From NCBI GenBank assembly GCA_963755915.1, contig CAVWLP010000003.1, positions 1,376,001-1,440,000 on the forward strand: a stretch of 64,000 bases of DNA, written 5' to 3'. The notes beneath the pieces are model-generated. The model was not told the origin of the DNA. It made no database searches and saw nothing but the letters and a program-made list of their open reading frames with translations. Both the position numbers and the translations under genes were made by a program. Shown piece after piece: positions 1 through 10,272 of the stretch; positions within the stretch are counted from its first letter, which is position 1; every line of letters starts with the position of its first letter. Origin of the DNA: an uncultured Phycisphaerales bacterium (lineage in GTDB: Bacteria; Planctomycetota; Phycisphaerae; Tepidisphaerales; Tepidisphaeraceae).

Positions 1-10
1 GCGTATCTGA

Positions 11-267
11 AGCGATCGTACGGAAGGATAGATATGATAGCCGTATCGTTTGTCCTCGCGGAAAATCTCGAGGAGACGACCCCATCGATCACGGATACAG
101 ATCTGGAATGTGACATTGGGAAGAATCGCGCCGGCGAACACCGCCGGGCACGCACAAATGGCTTATTTGAAAATCGAACCGATAAACTCCGCCAAAACGA
201 CTCCAACCTCGGTCGCCCGCTGAGGCGGACGAAGCTTAAGTTTAGCTGAAGATGTGGGGGCTGGCAA
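11..267 (-). promoter_or_regulatory. Copy A of a conserved promoter plus long 5' leader (its gene lies left of the window)
   Basis: Minus-strand TTGCCA(267-262)-N17-TAAACT(244-239). Blocks are shared with 1484-1746, including 34 identical nt (125-158 = 1604-1637) and 18 identical nt (105-122 = 1581-1598). Confidence 0.65.
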
Positions 268-411
268 GAAAAATGGGCGGGCGCAACAACAATATCGAGA
301 TTAATATAATAGCATTATTTACAGATATTTACGAATTAGAAGAGCGGCAGTTTTAAGGCCGAATTTGGGGCGGCGCATATTTTCTCTGGAAACGGGAGCT
401 GGGAGGTGAGG

Positions 412-444
412 AAAAAGAAAGGGGCCCGCCGGAAGGCGGGCCCC
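412..444 (-). terminator. Intrinsic terminator of the prepilin-like gene
   Basis: Minus strand GGGGCCCGCC-TTCC-GGCGGGCCCC followed by TTTCTTTTT, about 40 nt after the stop at 487. Confidence 0.85.
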
Positions 445-486
445 GATTAGGCTCTGCTTGGTCGGACGCTTCCGGCAACTACTTGG

Positions 487-1440
487 TTAGTAGTTGTAGG
501 AAGTCGGCAGCAGCACGCTGTCGTTGGCTACGTAGGGTGAGCCAACCAGGTCCTGGCCCGTGGTACCCCAGGTGGGACCGCCGCGGGTGTAGATGTTGTC
601 ACGGTCGGTGCCGACGAACGGATTGTTGTCGAACTCGACGTGACCGTCACCGAACAGGACGTTCTGCCCGTCCTTGCCATGGTTATCGCTGTTGCCGTAA
701 CGCATGGCCTGGCTCGAGCTGCTGGTGTTGGGGTACATCACATTGTCGTTGCTGCCGGCGCCGTTGCCGGTGCCGGGATTGATGTCCGCCGCCACCGCAA
801 ACGTCGGCTCCAGACCCTGAACCATCTTATACCCGGAGCCAAGCGCGTTGGTGTCCGGATAGGGGCAGGCATAGCTGTAGCTCAGGTTGTTCTGGATGTT
901 GGTGAAGTCGATCTGGTTCAAAGCGGTGTTGGTCCCGCCGCCGTACACATCCGCCGTCGCGTTGGAGCTGGGGCAGACGAACACGGCCGAGGTGATGTCC
1001 TCCGTGCGCAGCAGGAGGAACAATGCCTCGGGAACATTGTTGGTGAACGACGTCGAATTGGGGGTCAAGGTACCCGACAGGTTGAACGGATCGGTCTGGC
1101 CCATGCCGACAGCCGGGCTGCCCATTCCACTTACCGAAATGGTGGGGGCGACGGTCAGGGTCATCGTTGCCCCGCCGGAATAAATCCCGCGGGGATAGGG
1201 ACCCTGGTCGTCGTTGGAGTAGAGCAGGATGGCCTGCCCGATCTGGCGGAGGTTGCTGGCGCACTTGACGCGGTTGGCCGTTTCACGGGCCCGGTTCAAG
1301 CTGGGCAGCAGGATCGAGATCAGCAGGGCGATGATCCCGATAACCACCAGGAGTTCAACCAGAGTAAACCCACGTGGGGTAAACCCTCGTTTTTCGACGG
1401 CACCCGAAGGATCGGGGCTCGTCTGGTACGTACGCTTCAT
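487..1440 (-). CDS. Prepilin-type N-terminal cleavage/methylation domain protein (DUF1559-like, H-X9-DG motif)
   Basis: [31 protein letters not shown]-terminus, [12 protein letters not shown]-terminal [24 protein letters not shown] upstream. Confidence 0.92.
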   Translation of the reverse strand: MKRTYQTSPDPSGAVEKRGFTPRGFTLVELLVVIGIIALLISILLPSLNRARETANRVKCASNLRQIGQAILLYSNDDQGPYPRGIYSGGATMTLTVAPTISVSGMGSPAVGMGQTDPFNLSGTLTPNSTSFTNNVPEALFLLLRTEDITSAVFVCPSSNATADVYGGGTNTALNQIDFTNIQNNLSYSYACPYPDTNALGSGYKMVQGLEPTFAVAADINPGTGNGAGSNDNVMYPNTSSSSQAMRYGNSDNHGKDGQNVLFGDGHVEFDNNPFVGTDRDNIYTRGGPTWGTTGQDLVGSPYVANDSVLLPTSYNY

Positions 1441-1483
1441 ATGAAGCTCCTCTCGGAATACGTCACAACCGAAAGTGAAGTCG

Positions 1484-1746
1484 AGCGATCATTCGGAAAT
1501 AAGAAGATATGATGGCTGCAATCGCGCTCCCAAACGGATCCACCCGGGAGACGATCCCATTGATCGCGGGATACAGAATCGGAATGTGACATTGGGAAAA
1601 AAGATCGCGCCGGCGAACACCGCCGGGCACGCACAAAAGTTTATATATTCAGCTTCTGAATGTTTCCGCCACACATTTTACAAACCCCCCAGCGCAGTTG
1701 CGCGACCGGGACGTTAAGTTTAGCGAGAATTGGGGTGCGGGGTCAA
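1484..1746 (-). promoter_or_regulatory. Copy B of conserved promoter plus ~270-nt 5' leader of the prepilin-like gene
   Basis: Minus-strand TTGACC(1746-1741)-N18-TAAACT(1722-1717); homologous to 11-267. Confidence 0.65.
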
Positions 1747-1819
1747 TTAAAAGTTGCCGGGGAAATTTTTTACGGGGGATTTTTCTTGATGGCGAACCTT
1801 AAGACGCTATTAGAAGATG

Positions 1820-2356
1820 CTATTGGGCGGGAGCATCAGGATTGGGGTGCCGCATTTTTTTGGTGGGACGAAGCTTAATTAGCTTTTCGATAACGAGTTC
1901 AGGCAGGACGCCACGTAGCTGGCGTACGTCGCCACCAAGGGAGACCACCTGGCGGATCAGGCTGCTGCTGGTGAGGGCATACTGGTCGCCGGTCATGATA
2001 AAGACGGTTTCAACACCGCCGACGGAGCGATTGGCCAGGGCGAGCTGGAATTCGTAGCGGAGATCGGAGACGTCGCGGATTCCGCGGAGGATAACGGTTG
2101 CCTTGGCGCGTTTGACGAAATCGACGGTTAGGCCGGTGTATTTTTCGACGCGAACGCCGGGGAGATCGCCCAGGAGGGTGCGGATCATAGAGACGCGCTG
2201 GGGGAGGGAGAAGAGTTCGGTTTTTTCAGGGTTGATCCCGACGGCGACGATCAGTTCGTCGAAGAGCCCTACGCCGCGGCGGATGACGTCGAGGTGGCCA
2301 TTGGTGATGGGGTCGAACTGGCCAGGGAAAACGGCGATGCGCGGGGAGCGGGGCAT
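1820..2356 (-). CDS. coaD: Pantetheine-phosphate adenylyltransferase
   Basis: IAVFPGQFDPITNGHLDVI, RGIRDVSDLRYEFQLALANR, SSSLIR motifs; start taken at MPRSPR (2356). Confidence 0.95.
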   Translation of the reverse strand: MPRSPRIAVFPGQFDPITNGHLDVIRRGVGLFDELIVAVGINPEKTELFSLPQRVSMIRTLLGDLPGVRVEKYTGLTVDFVKRAKATVILRGIRDVSDLRYEFQLALANRSVGGVETVFIMTGDQYALTSSSLIRQVVSLGGDVRQLRGVLPELVIEKLIKLRPTKKMRHPNPDAPAQ

Positions 2357-2395
2357 GGAGGGGAGATGATAAGGGATGAGGGCGGAGGTTGGGAA

Positions 2396-2478
2396 GAATG
2401 CCGATTGCCAAATGCCGAATGGGCAAGGCAAGCATTTCATTCGGCATTTGGCATTTGGCATTCGGCATTCGGCATTTC
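2396..2478. repeat. Heptamer-based inverted repeat (AATGCCG/A versus GGCATTT/C)
   Basis: gaatgccgattgccaaatgccgaatg ... cattcggcatttggcatttggcattcggcattcggcatttc, between divergent coaD and pgeF. Confidence 0.85.
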
Positions 2479-2491
2479 TATACTCGGCTTC

Positions 2492-3295
2492 ATGTTAGAG
2501 ATGCGATCGGGCAATCATGGGGTGCGGTATTATTCCTCTATGAAGCTGGAGGCGATTGGGGTGCGGCATGCGTTCAGTACGCGGCTCGGGGGGATCAGTC
2601 CGGCGCCGTTTGATTCGCTGAACCTGGGGAATCCCAATGGGTGCGAACTTCAGGATGATTACGATCGAATCTGGAAGAACTATGCGCGGCTGAGTGCGAG
2701 CATTGATTGCCCCGAGGTGCCACCGCTGCGGGTGCACCAGGTGCATGGGGCGGAGGTGGCGAGCGTTTCGGCGGGGAAGGAGTTTGACACGAACTGCAAG
2801 GCGGACGCGATCGTAAGCGAAGACTCCGAGCGGGTGATTTCCGTGCGGACGGCGGATTGCGTGCCACTGCTGTTTTCCAGCGGTGACGGGCGAATGGTGG
2901 CGGCGGTACACGCGGGATGGCGGGGAATTATGGCGGGGGTGATTCCGGCGGCGATTGGGCGGATGGTTAATCGGGGATGCACGGAGGGATCGATCGTCGC
3001 GGCGATCGGGCCTTGCATCGGACGCAATGCGTTTGAGGTGGGGGATGAGGTGGCGGAGGAATTTCGCAGAGCCTTTGGGGAGAGTGCGGTGGTTGGAATG
3101 TCGCAGGAGGGGAAAGCCGTGATAGACTTGCGGCTGGCGGCGCGGCTGCAGCTTCTGGCGGCGGGCGTGGCAGCGGAGAATATCGAAACGACGGACCGCT
3201 GCACGGTGACGCATCGGGATGAGTTCTACTCGCATCGGCGCGACCGCGGCGTAACGGGGCGAATGGCGGCGATCATTGCGCCCGGCAGGTCATGA
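2492..3295 (+). CDS. pgeF: PgeF/YfiH family (purine nucleoside phosphorylase / peptidoglycan editing factor)
   Basis: HAFSTRLGG, QVHG, TADCVP, HAGWRG, GPCIG, FYSHRR...GRM motifs. Confidence 0.93.
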   Translation: MLEMRSGNHGVRYYSSMKLEAIGVRHAFSTRLGGISPAPFDSLNLGNPNGCELQDDYDRIWKNYARLSASIDCPEVPPLRVHQVHGAEVASVSAGKEFDTNCKADAIVSEDSERVISVRTADCVPLLFSSGDGRMVAAVHAGWRGIMAGVIPAAIGRMVNRGCTEGSIVAAIGPCIGRNAFEVGDEVAEEFRRAFGESAVVGMSQEGKAVIDLRLAARLQLLAAGVAAENIETTDRCTVTHRDEFYSHRRDRGVTGRMAAIIAPGRS

Positions 3296-5016
3296 GCCGA
3301 ATCACAAGAATCCGATTACTGCTTCTGATTGCGATTGCGCTGGTCTTTGGCCAGATCGTGACCCACGACTTCGTCGATTGGGACGACGGGGCGCTGATCT
3401 ACAACAATGACAACATGAGAAATCCGACGTTGTCTTCGCTGGCGCATCACTGGAAGCCGAGCGATAAGGCGAACATGTCGATGTACGATCCGCTGGTTTT
3501 CACGTTGTGGTGGGGGATTGCGCATTTTGCGACGTTGGATAGTCCCGACCTTCTGGGCTCGACGCTGAACCCGTATCTGTTTCACGCCGCGAGCCTGGTG
3601 GTGCACTGGTTTTGTGCGTGCCTGGTGCTGGAAATTCTTCTGCAATTGAAGATCAAACCCTGGGCGTCGGCGGCGGGGGCACTGGTGTTCGCGATCCATC
3701 CGCTGCAAACGGAGACGGTCGCCTGGGCGACGGCGATGAAGGATCTGCTGAGCGGTTTGTTCTCGCTGCTGGCGATTTGGCGTTACCTTGTGGCCCTGCA
3801 ATCGGAGGGAAAGCGACGAACCGTGAATTGCTGGATTGCCACGGTCGCGTATGCGGCGGCGGTGCTTTCCAAGCCGTCGACCGTGGTTCTTCCGGTGATG
3901 GCAGCGGCGATGGATCGCGTCCTTTATCGCCGCAGTTGGCGGGGGGTGATGAACTGGTATCTGGGTTTATGGCTGGCGATAGGGATCACGGCGACGATCA
4001 CGGCCTCGGTCGTTCAGAAAATCCAGCCGCAGATATTGTCACCGCCGTGGGCACGTCCATTGGTCGCGCTGGATGCGATTTCGTTTTACCTGGCGAAGGT
4101 GTTTGTGCCGCTGTGGATTCGATTCGATTATGGACGAAGCCCCATGGTGCTGCTGTCGGGTGGCGGGATGCATTATGCGCTTGCCTGGACATGGGTGCTC
4201 CCGGTGGGATTGGCGGTGCTGATCTGGCGAAGCGGGCAGAAGCTGCCGGCGGCGGCGGGTTTGATCTTCGTGATCGGCGTCTTGCCGGTGCTGGGATTGA
4301 AGGCGTTCTCGTACCAATACTACACAACGGTGGCGGACCGGTACGTGTATTTATCGATGCTCGGGGTTGCGATATGCGTGGGTTGGGCGGTGCAGCGGTA
4401 CCAATATCGCTGGGTTTCGATTGCGGCGGCGGTTGTGATTGTGGTACTGGGGGGAATGTCGTTCGTGTATGCGAGCCGGTGGGTCGACACGGAAACGCTC
4501 TATTCTTACGGCCTGACGGGGACGCGCTCGCTGCACCTGTTGACACTGGGGGATTACCAGAGCCATTTGGCCGAACCGTGTTTCCGAAGGGCGCGGCAGG
4601 CGGCAGCGGCGGGAAATTTTGCGCAGGCGACGGAAAATCGGGCGGAAGGAAATTACCATGTGCAGCAGACGGTGGCGCTTTATAAAGGCGCAATTGAACT
4701 GGAGCCGCTTCAGCCCGACGGATACGACCGGCTCGCAAGATTTTACGTGCTAATCAACCATTATTCCGAGGCGATTGAGACGGTGAAGCAGTGGATGGCG
4801 CTGGAACCGCGGATGCTCGAGCCGCTGCGCGAGCCGCCGGGGGAGTTGAAGGCCATGTTGGGGCAGATCTACATCATCAACCGCCAATACCCGGAGGCGA
4901 TTGCCATGCTTAAGCAATCGCAGGCGGAGAAATGGGACCCGGAGGTGGAGAAGATGCTGGAGAGAGCGCAGAAACTGTTGGCGATGTCTGCGACGCAGCC
5001 TTCGACGCGAAAATAG
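3292..5016 (+). CDS. TMTC-like membrane glycosyltransferase-type protein with C-terminal TPR repeats
   Basis: FVDWDD, FAIHPLQTETVAW, LSKP, ADRYVYL motifs; many TM helices; helical TPR-like C-terminus. Confidence 0.75.
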   Translation: MSRITRIRLLLLIAIALVFGQIVTHDFVDWDDGALIYNNDNMRNPTLSSLAHHWKPSDKANMSMYDPLVFTLWWGIAHFATLDSPDLLGSTLNPYLFHAASLVVHWFCACLVLEILLQLKIKPWASAAGALVFAIHPLQTETVAWATAMKDLLSGLFSLLAIWRYLVALQSEGKRRTVNCWIATVAYAAAVLSKPSTVVLPVMAAAMDRVLYRRSWRGVMNWYLGLWLAIGITATITASVVQKIQPQILSPPWARPLVALDAISFYLAKVFVPLWIRFDYGRSPMVLLSGGGMHYALAWTWVLPVGLAVLIWRSGQKLPAAAGLIFVIGVLPVLGLKAFSYQYYTTVADRYVYLSMLGVAICVGWAVQRYQYRWVSIAAAVVIVVLGGMSFVYASRWVDTETLYSYGLTGTRSLHLLTLGDYQSHLAEPCFRRARQAAAAGNFAQATENRAEGNYHVQQTVALYKGAIELEPLQPDGYDRLARFYVLINHYSEAIETVKQWMALEPRMLEPLREPPGELKAMLGQIYIINRQYPEAIAMLKQSQAEKWDPEVEKMLERAQKLLAMSATQPSTRK

Positions 5017-5025
5017 CGCGCGGGT

Positions 5026-6025
5026 TTATTGATTCGGGAGGGACTGGTTGGCGTGGAAGGCGCGGCGCTCGATGTCGTAGAGATCGTCGAGAGAAGTGCG
5101 GACATCGATGGCGGGCGGCTCGTTGGGATCGACCTGGGCGTCGCGGCGGGCGATCAACCAGCGGCCCTGGAGAAATTCGAACTGGGTCTGGCAGTGAACT
5201 TGCCGGGGGGATTCATCGTTGATGAAGGCATCGTCGCTTTGCGCATCGGCGCGAGGAGTGAGGCTCGGTGATGCGGGAGCCGCAGTCGTAGCGGATGAGG
5301 ATTTTGGGAGCGTCGGAATCCTGGGGCGGATCGTAGGCGACATTCCAAACGGCGTAGCGGCGGCGGCGCCAGTTGCCGTGGGAATCCTGGAAAAGAGTGG
5401 GATGGGTGCGGACGAAGGCGGCAAAGGCCTCGAAGTTGCGCTGGAAGGATTCGATGGCGAGGTAGTGCTGCGGCGGGGAGGGAGCGGTGGTTGGGTTTGG
5501 GGACTGCGGAGAAACGGCGGTGGTGGGCCCGGCGCGGAGGCGGCGCTGGGCGTCGAGCTCGCCGCGGCGGGCGCGCTCGAGAAGGGACTTGAGGTAGATG
5601 CTTTCGATGTTGCGCTGGCCGAGACGGTCGATGACAAACGTATATTGGGCTGCGGCGCCGGCGTAGTCGTTGTCGACCATGAGAACGTCGCCGCGATTGG
5701 TGGCGTCGCTCAGAACCTGAAGGTTTCGGCTTTCCCACGTGGGGGAGAAGAGATCGAGGCAGATGATGACGAAACCAGCCAGGGCGGTGATGAGGACGAA
5801 CCACCAGAGCACGGAGGGAATTCCGCGGCCGGGAAGCGGGCGGGCGGCGGTTTCCAGGACGGGGACAACGGGCTGGTCGGGCAGGGGCGGCTCGTCGTGC
5901 TCGTCGGTTTCGGGGTTGGGGATATCGTTGAGGGCGCCGCAGACCGGGCAGAATTCGGTGACACCGGCAAATTCCTCGCCGATTTCGAAGGGTTCCCCAC
6001 ACTGGGCGCAGGTGACGGAAATCAC
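5026..6025 (-). CDS. Hypothetical membrane protein with N-terminal zinc ribbon (frameshift near 5250)
   Basis: GTG start; CAQC...CPVC, Pro-rich linker, one TM helix. ORF 5213-6235 joins the C-terminal frame of 5026-5637 at EPHSSR/ADAQ. Confidence 0.6.
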
Positions 6026-6039
6026 TACCGATGATCCGA

Positions 6040-6723
6040 TCAGGCGGCGGTGGAGATGGACTGACTTTCCCCCGGCGCCATGAAACTCCGCTTCTGACGG
6101 TTCTTGTTGTTGGTGATGACGACGGTTTCCCAGAGGTCGATGCTTTCGAGCTTGAAGCGATAATCGACCTCGACGCCGGTGCGGCGGATGAGGTCCTGAA
6201 GGGGGAGGTCGCTGCGCCAGCCCAGCATCGTGCACAGGGGGCAGAGGAATTTTTCCACCATCGCCAGGAAACGGTTGGTGGATTGGAAATGGTTGACGAT
6301 GACGATGCGCGATTCGGGTTTGCAGACGCGCTGGGCCTCGGTGATGAGGCGGTAAGGATCGCTCACGACGCTGATGACATGGCTGATGAAGACGTGGTCG
6401 AAGGCGTCGTCGCGGAAGGGAAGCTCAAGGGCGTTGGCCTGGAGGAGCTGGGTGGGGGCACAATCGCCGTGAAGGAGTTTTTTGCGGCACTCACGGAGCA
6501 TGCCGGCGGAGAGGTCGATCCCGACGACCTGTGCGTGGGTGGGGTAATGTTCGAGCGAGGCACCGGTGCCGATGCCGAGGTCGAGGACGGTTTGACCCGG
6601 GGCGATGTTCATGTGGGTGATACCACGGGCGATCCGGCGCTGGACGAGCCGGCCGAACGTAATGTCATAGAACATCGAATGGAAATCGTAGATATTTCGG
6701 GTGCTGGATTCCTGCATGGGCAC
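6040..6723 (-). CDS. Class I SAM-dependent methyltransferase (PmtA-like phospholipid N-methyltransferase)
   Basis: VLDLGIGTG, GIDLSAGML, LPFRDDAFD, RVCKP..RIVIVNHFQS. Confidence 0.8.
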   Translation of the reverse strand: MPMQESSTRNIYDFHSMFYDITFGRLVQRRIARGITHMNIAPGQTVLDLGIGTGASLEHYPTHAQVVGIDLSAGMLRECRKKLLHGDCAPTQLLQANALELPFRDDAFDHVFISHVISVVSDPYRLITEAQRVCKPESRIVIVNHFQSTNRFLAMVEKFLCPLCTMLGWRSDLPLQDLIRRTGVEVDYRFKLESIDLWETVVITNNKNRQKRSFMAPGESQSISTAA

Positions 6724-6807
6724 GAGAGGCTACTCCTTCGGCTACTTCGCTGGGATTCAAATTAGCGAATCTTGGGGGATTTGCCAAGATTGGGGGGTGG
6801 TACACAT

Positions 6808-7539
6808 TCAGTCTGATTGATCCATTCCGGCGGCTGGGGCGTCCATGATCCAAAGCATTTGGCCGCGGATGGGCTGAATCAGTTGAATCGGGAGGTTCTG
6901 GGGATCGGGCGGGCCCAGCAATACCTGCTCGAGGCGCTTGGCCTTGCCGGCGCCGCTGACCATGACAATGACCTGGCGGGCCTGATTGATGAATGGGGCC
7001 GATAATGTGATCCGCCAGACGCCCATTTTTTCGACGCGGTTGGCGACGCAGCGATGGCGTTTTTCGGCGAGGGCGGTGGTGTTGGGGAAGAGGGAGGCGG
7101 TGTGACCGTCGTCGCCCATGCCGAGGAGGACGAGGTCGAGGCCGCCGTCGCCGAAGTTTTGCTTAAGCATTTCGCCGTATTCGACGGCGGCCTGATGGGG
7201 TTCGATTTCGCCTTTCATGCGGTGGACGTTGTCCGGAGGAATGGGGACCTCGGAAAGAAGGGCCTCGTTGGCCATGCGGAAGTTGCTGTCGGGGTGGGCC
7301 GGGGGGACGCAGCGTTCGTCGCCGAAATAGATTTGCCAGTTTTTCCAGTCGATATGGGAGGCGTAGGAGTTTGAGGCGAGGAGCTGATAGAGCGTTTTAG
7401 GGGTGCTTCCGCCGGAGAGGGCGATGGAGAAATTGCCGCGCGCGGCGATGGCGGCTTCGGCGGCGGGGAGGATGACTTCGGCAGCGGCGACGGCAATCTG
7501 GGCGACGTCGGGGACGACTTTGATTTGGCGGTCTGACAT
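6808..7539 (-). CDS. pgl: 6-phosphogluconolactonase
   Basis: ALSGGSTP, FGDERCVPP.HPDSN, LLGMGDDGHTASLFP, RITLS. Confidence 0.95.
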   Translation of the reverse strand: MSDRQIKVVPDVAQIAVAAAEVILPAAEAAIAARGNFSIALSGGSTPKTLYQLLASNSYASHIDWKNWQIYFGDERCVPPAHPDSNFRMANEALLSEVPIPPDNVHRMKGEIEPHQAAVEYGEMLKQNFGDGGLDLVLLGMGDDGHTASLFPNTTALAEKRHRCVANRVEKMGVWRITLSAPFINQARQVIVMVSGAGKAKRLEQVLLGPPDPQNLPIQLIQPIRGQMLWIMDAPAAGMDQSD

Positions 7540-7544
7540 TCGAA

Positions 7545-8099
7545 TCACTCTCGCCAGAGGCGGGACAGGGGGATTTCGAGGTCTTCAAAGGGGGGCAGAT
7601 GGACGGTCTGGTTCTTTTCGCCGCGACCCGCGGAAACATATTTCTTGGCCCGAAGTCGAAATGCCTCGATGGTTTTCTCGGCGGGATCGACGATCCAATA
7701 ATTTACTACGCCGGCGGTGCGATATTGAGCGAATTTGTCGACGCGATCTACTTCGACGCTCGATGGACTGATAATTTCTATGGCCAGATCGGGCGGGCCT
7801 TCCATTGCTTTTTTGCCAATCAAATGCCTTCGAGCCTTTGAGAAATACAAGATGTCGGGGCGTCTCACCGTAAACTCATCGAGAATCGTGTTGACCCCCA
7901 GATATAATTCGCCGAGTTTGTTCGCTTCGACGTATTTGCCGATCATTGTGCAAAGTTGAACCGAGGTATATGACTCGGCCGGCGTCAGGCTGGGTCCAAT
8001 CGCGATCTGCCCGTTGAAGAGTTCCAAGCGAACTCCAACCGGGTCTTCGCCCAATTGGAGGAACTGATCGGCCGTCATTTTTGTTGTGCTGAGGACCAT
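7545..8099 (-). CDS. Uma2 family endonuclease-like protein
   Basis: RPDILY, PDLAIEIISPSS..DRVDK..Y...GV.NYWIVDP. Confidence 0.9.
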   Translation of the reverse strand: MVLSTTKMTADQFLQLGEDPVGVRLELFNGQIAIGPSLTPAESYTSVQLCTMIGKYVEANKLGELYLGVNTILDEFTVRRPDILYFSKARRHLIGKKAMEGPPDLAIEIISPSSVEVDRVDKFAQYRTAGVVNYWIVDPAEKTIEAFRLRAKKYVSAGRGEKNQTVHLPPFEDLEIPLSRLWRE

Positions 8100-8155
8100 G
8101 GGTGCGCCGCATTCTAGGCCAAATCACAAGGACAATCGACGGGCGATCATGAGCG

Positions 8156-8548
8156 TCAAGGCAACTGCACCTTGTTTTTGGTCGGAGCCGACGGCACGTA
8201 GGTCGCAGTAGGTCGCTCGACTTTTTTTCCGGAGCCAGCAGGCCTGCGTTCAGGATTTTCGCTCGCGTCGTCCGCTCTTTCGTGATGCCAATTGGGCTCA
8301 CTGGTTTGGTCTGGTACGTCGTCGATCGAATTCTGGGCGGCCTGCACGAGGAATGTAGCACCCAACACGCTCATGCCGTCGCCGAGCGGGACGACCCAGT
8401 CATCGGCGTGGCGCTTGGTTTCCCAGGCCTGGTGACCTTTAAAGATTGTGGTGTCGTCGAAGTTATAGGTGGGATCCAACGCGCAGCCAGATAGCGTCAT
8501 TATGGTGGTGGAAAGCACGAAGCTCATGAGGCGTCGATGAGCGCGCAT
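8156..8548 (-). CDS. Hypothetical lipoprotein
   Basis: Signal with LSGC lipobox; SD AGGAG upstream. Confidence 0.5.
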   Translation of the reverse strand: MRAHRRLMSFVLSTTIMTLSGCALDPTYNFDDTTIFKGHQAWETKRHADDWVVPLGDGMSVLGATFLVQAAQNSIDDVPDQTSEPNWHHERADDASENPERRPAGSGKKVERPTATYVPSAPTKNKVQLP

Positions 8549-8608
8549 CGAAGTGCTCCTGTTGGCATTTTAACGTGGCTTGGACGGAAATACCCGTGTC
8601 TTTTTGCG

Positions 8609-10142
8609 CTAGCCGATCTGATGCGCCGGCTTGGGCAGGTCATCGTGGATGGTTTGCTGCTTGGGCTGGTCGCCGGCGAAGGTGAAGAGAATCATGTCGT
8701 CGTCGATGCGGGCCTGGAGGTGGACGGGGCGCTGCCAGATTTTGTAGAGGTTGCGGAGGGTTTCGACGGCGAATTTGATTTCGAGGTCGAGGCCGTTGTG
8801 GCGGTGGGCGAGATATAGCTCGCCGCGGCTGCCGTAGTCGCCGTCGACGACGTAGATGAACGGGCGGCCGTGATTGGTGAGATGATAGAGCATCGTCTGC
8901 TTAATGCGGTGCGGATCGCGGCGTGATGATGCGGAGCTGGCCGGTGTGGGGGTCGCGGCCGTACTGGTAGAACTTGTGCTTTTCGATGAATTCGGGGGTC
9001 ATGAATTCGTCGATGAAGTTGACGTCGTTGTACATCCGGCGGACTTCGAAGATTTTTTCGCGGCCGAGGCCGAGGCCCTTGTCCCAGGATTTTTTCTCGC
9101 CGAGGTTGTCGGATTCCTCGTAGGCTTTGCCGAAGCGGCCCTTGTTCCAGCGGTCTTCGATGTCGCGGAAGAGTTCGAGGCCGATCTTGTACGGGTTGAA
9201 ATTGCCGGGCGGCATGTGGACGGTGCCGCTGTGGTGGTCGGCGTAGTCGATGATTTCCCTGGCCTCGACGAAATGCTTGGTCATCAGGGTGCTGTGCCAG
9301 TAGCTGGCCCAGCCCTCGTTCATCACCTTGGTCATGCCCTGTGGGGCAAAATAGTAGGCCTCTTCGCGGACGATGGCGAGGCAATCCATCTGCCAATCAT
9401 CGAGACGGGCGTGCTCCAGAAGATAGTGCAGCACGTCGCGGGTGGGACGGCCGGGGGTGACGTGTTTGAGTTTGGCGCGGTCTTCGCGCATTTTTTTGGC
9501 CTCGGCTTCGAGAAGCTCGGGGGGATTGATCCAGCGGTCGAGGTAATCCTTGGCCTTGAATTTGGAGACGAGCTCCTCGCGGGGGACTTCCTCGGGCTTT
9601 TGCTCGAGGGGGCCGCGGTTGAGGAACATGCTGTGGGCGTCGATGAGGTCTTCGAGGCTGAGGCAAACGTCGAGAAACCTTTCGACGGTGTCGTACCCCT
9701 GCTTTTCGATGTGGCGGCGGATGCGGGTGGCGTGGTTCGCCATCTCATCCATCATTTTGCGGTTGGTCTGGCTGAACCAGAGATTGTTCTTGAAGAAGTC
9801 GGCGTGGCCGTAGACGTGGGCGATGACCAGCTTCTGATCGACGAGCTGGTTTGACTCCTGCAGGTAGGCGTAGCAGGGGTCGTTGTTGATGACCATCTCG
9901 TAGATGCGGCCGAGGCCGTAGAAGTGCTGCTTGCGGAGGCGTTCATATTCGGCGCCGAAGCGCCAGTGGGGATAGCGCTGGGGGAACCCGCCGTAGGCGG
10001 CGATTTCGTTCATCTGCTCGTAGTCGCACATCTCGAAGATGACAGGGAAGAAATCGAGTCCGTAGGAGCGTGCGCGTTCGCGGATTTGTTTTTTGGCGGT
10101 GAGCAGTTCCTGCGGGAATGGTCCGACGGTGTGGGAGGGCAT
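8609..10142 (-). CDS. SpoVR family protein (frameshift near 8920)
   Basis: GFPQRYPHWRFG, IYEMVINNDPCYAYL, HVYGHADFFKNN, TKVMNEGWASYWH, NPYKIG; C-terminus in ORF 8609-8893 (LYLAH...IWQRPVHL). Confidence 0.9.
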
Positions 10143-10272
10143 CTTCTACTAAGATAATATTCGGTCAGGGGGCGGGAGTCACTTGCGTGGTTGGGCTAAA
10201 ATTGAACGGAAAGCCCCGGGATGGCAATCCTGGTGCTAAACTGCGCAAACTCTCCGAGTCGGAAGGACGGGT

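Noticed and set aside
34-249. Short ORFs 34-249 and 1475-1717 as paralogous peptides
   Set aside because: Indels between the copies do not preserve frame; conservation is at the nucleotide level.
1540-1640. Known riboswitch (c-di-GMP-I/II, SAM, SAH) in the pilin leader
   Set aside because: I could not find the diagnostic motifs by eye; kept only as an unknown leader.
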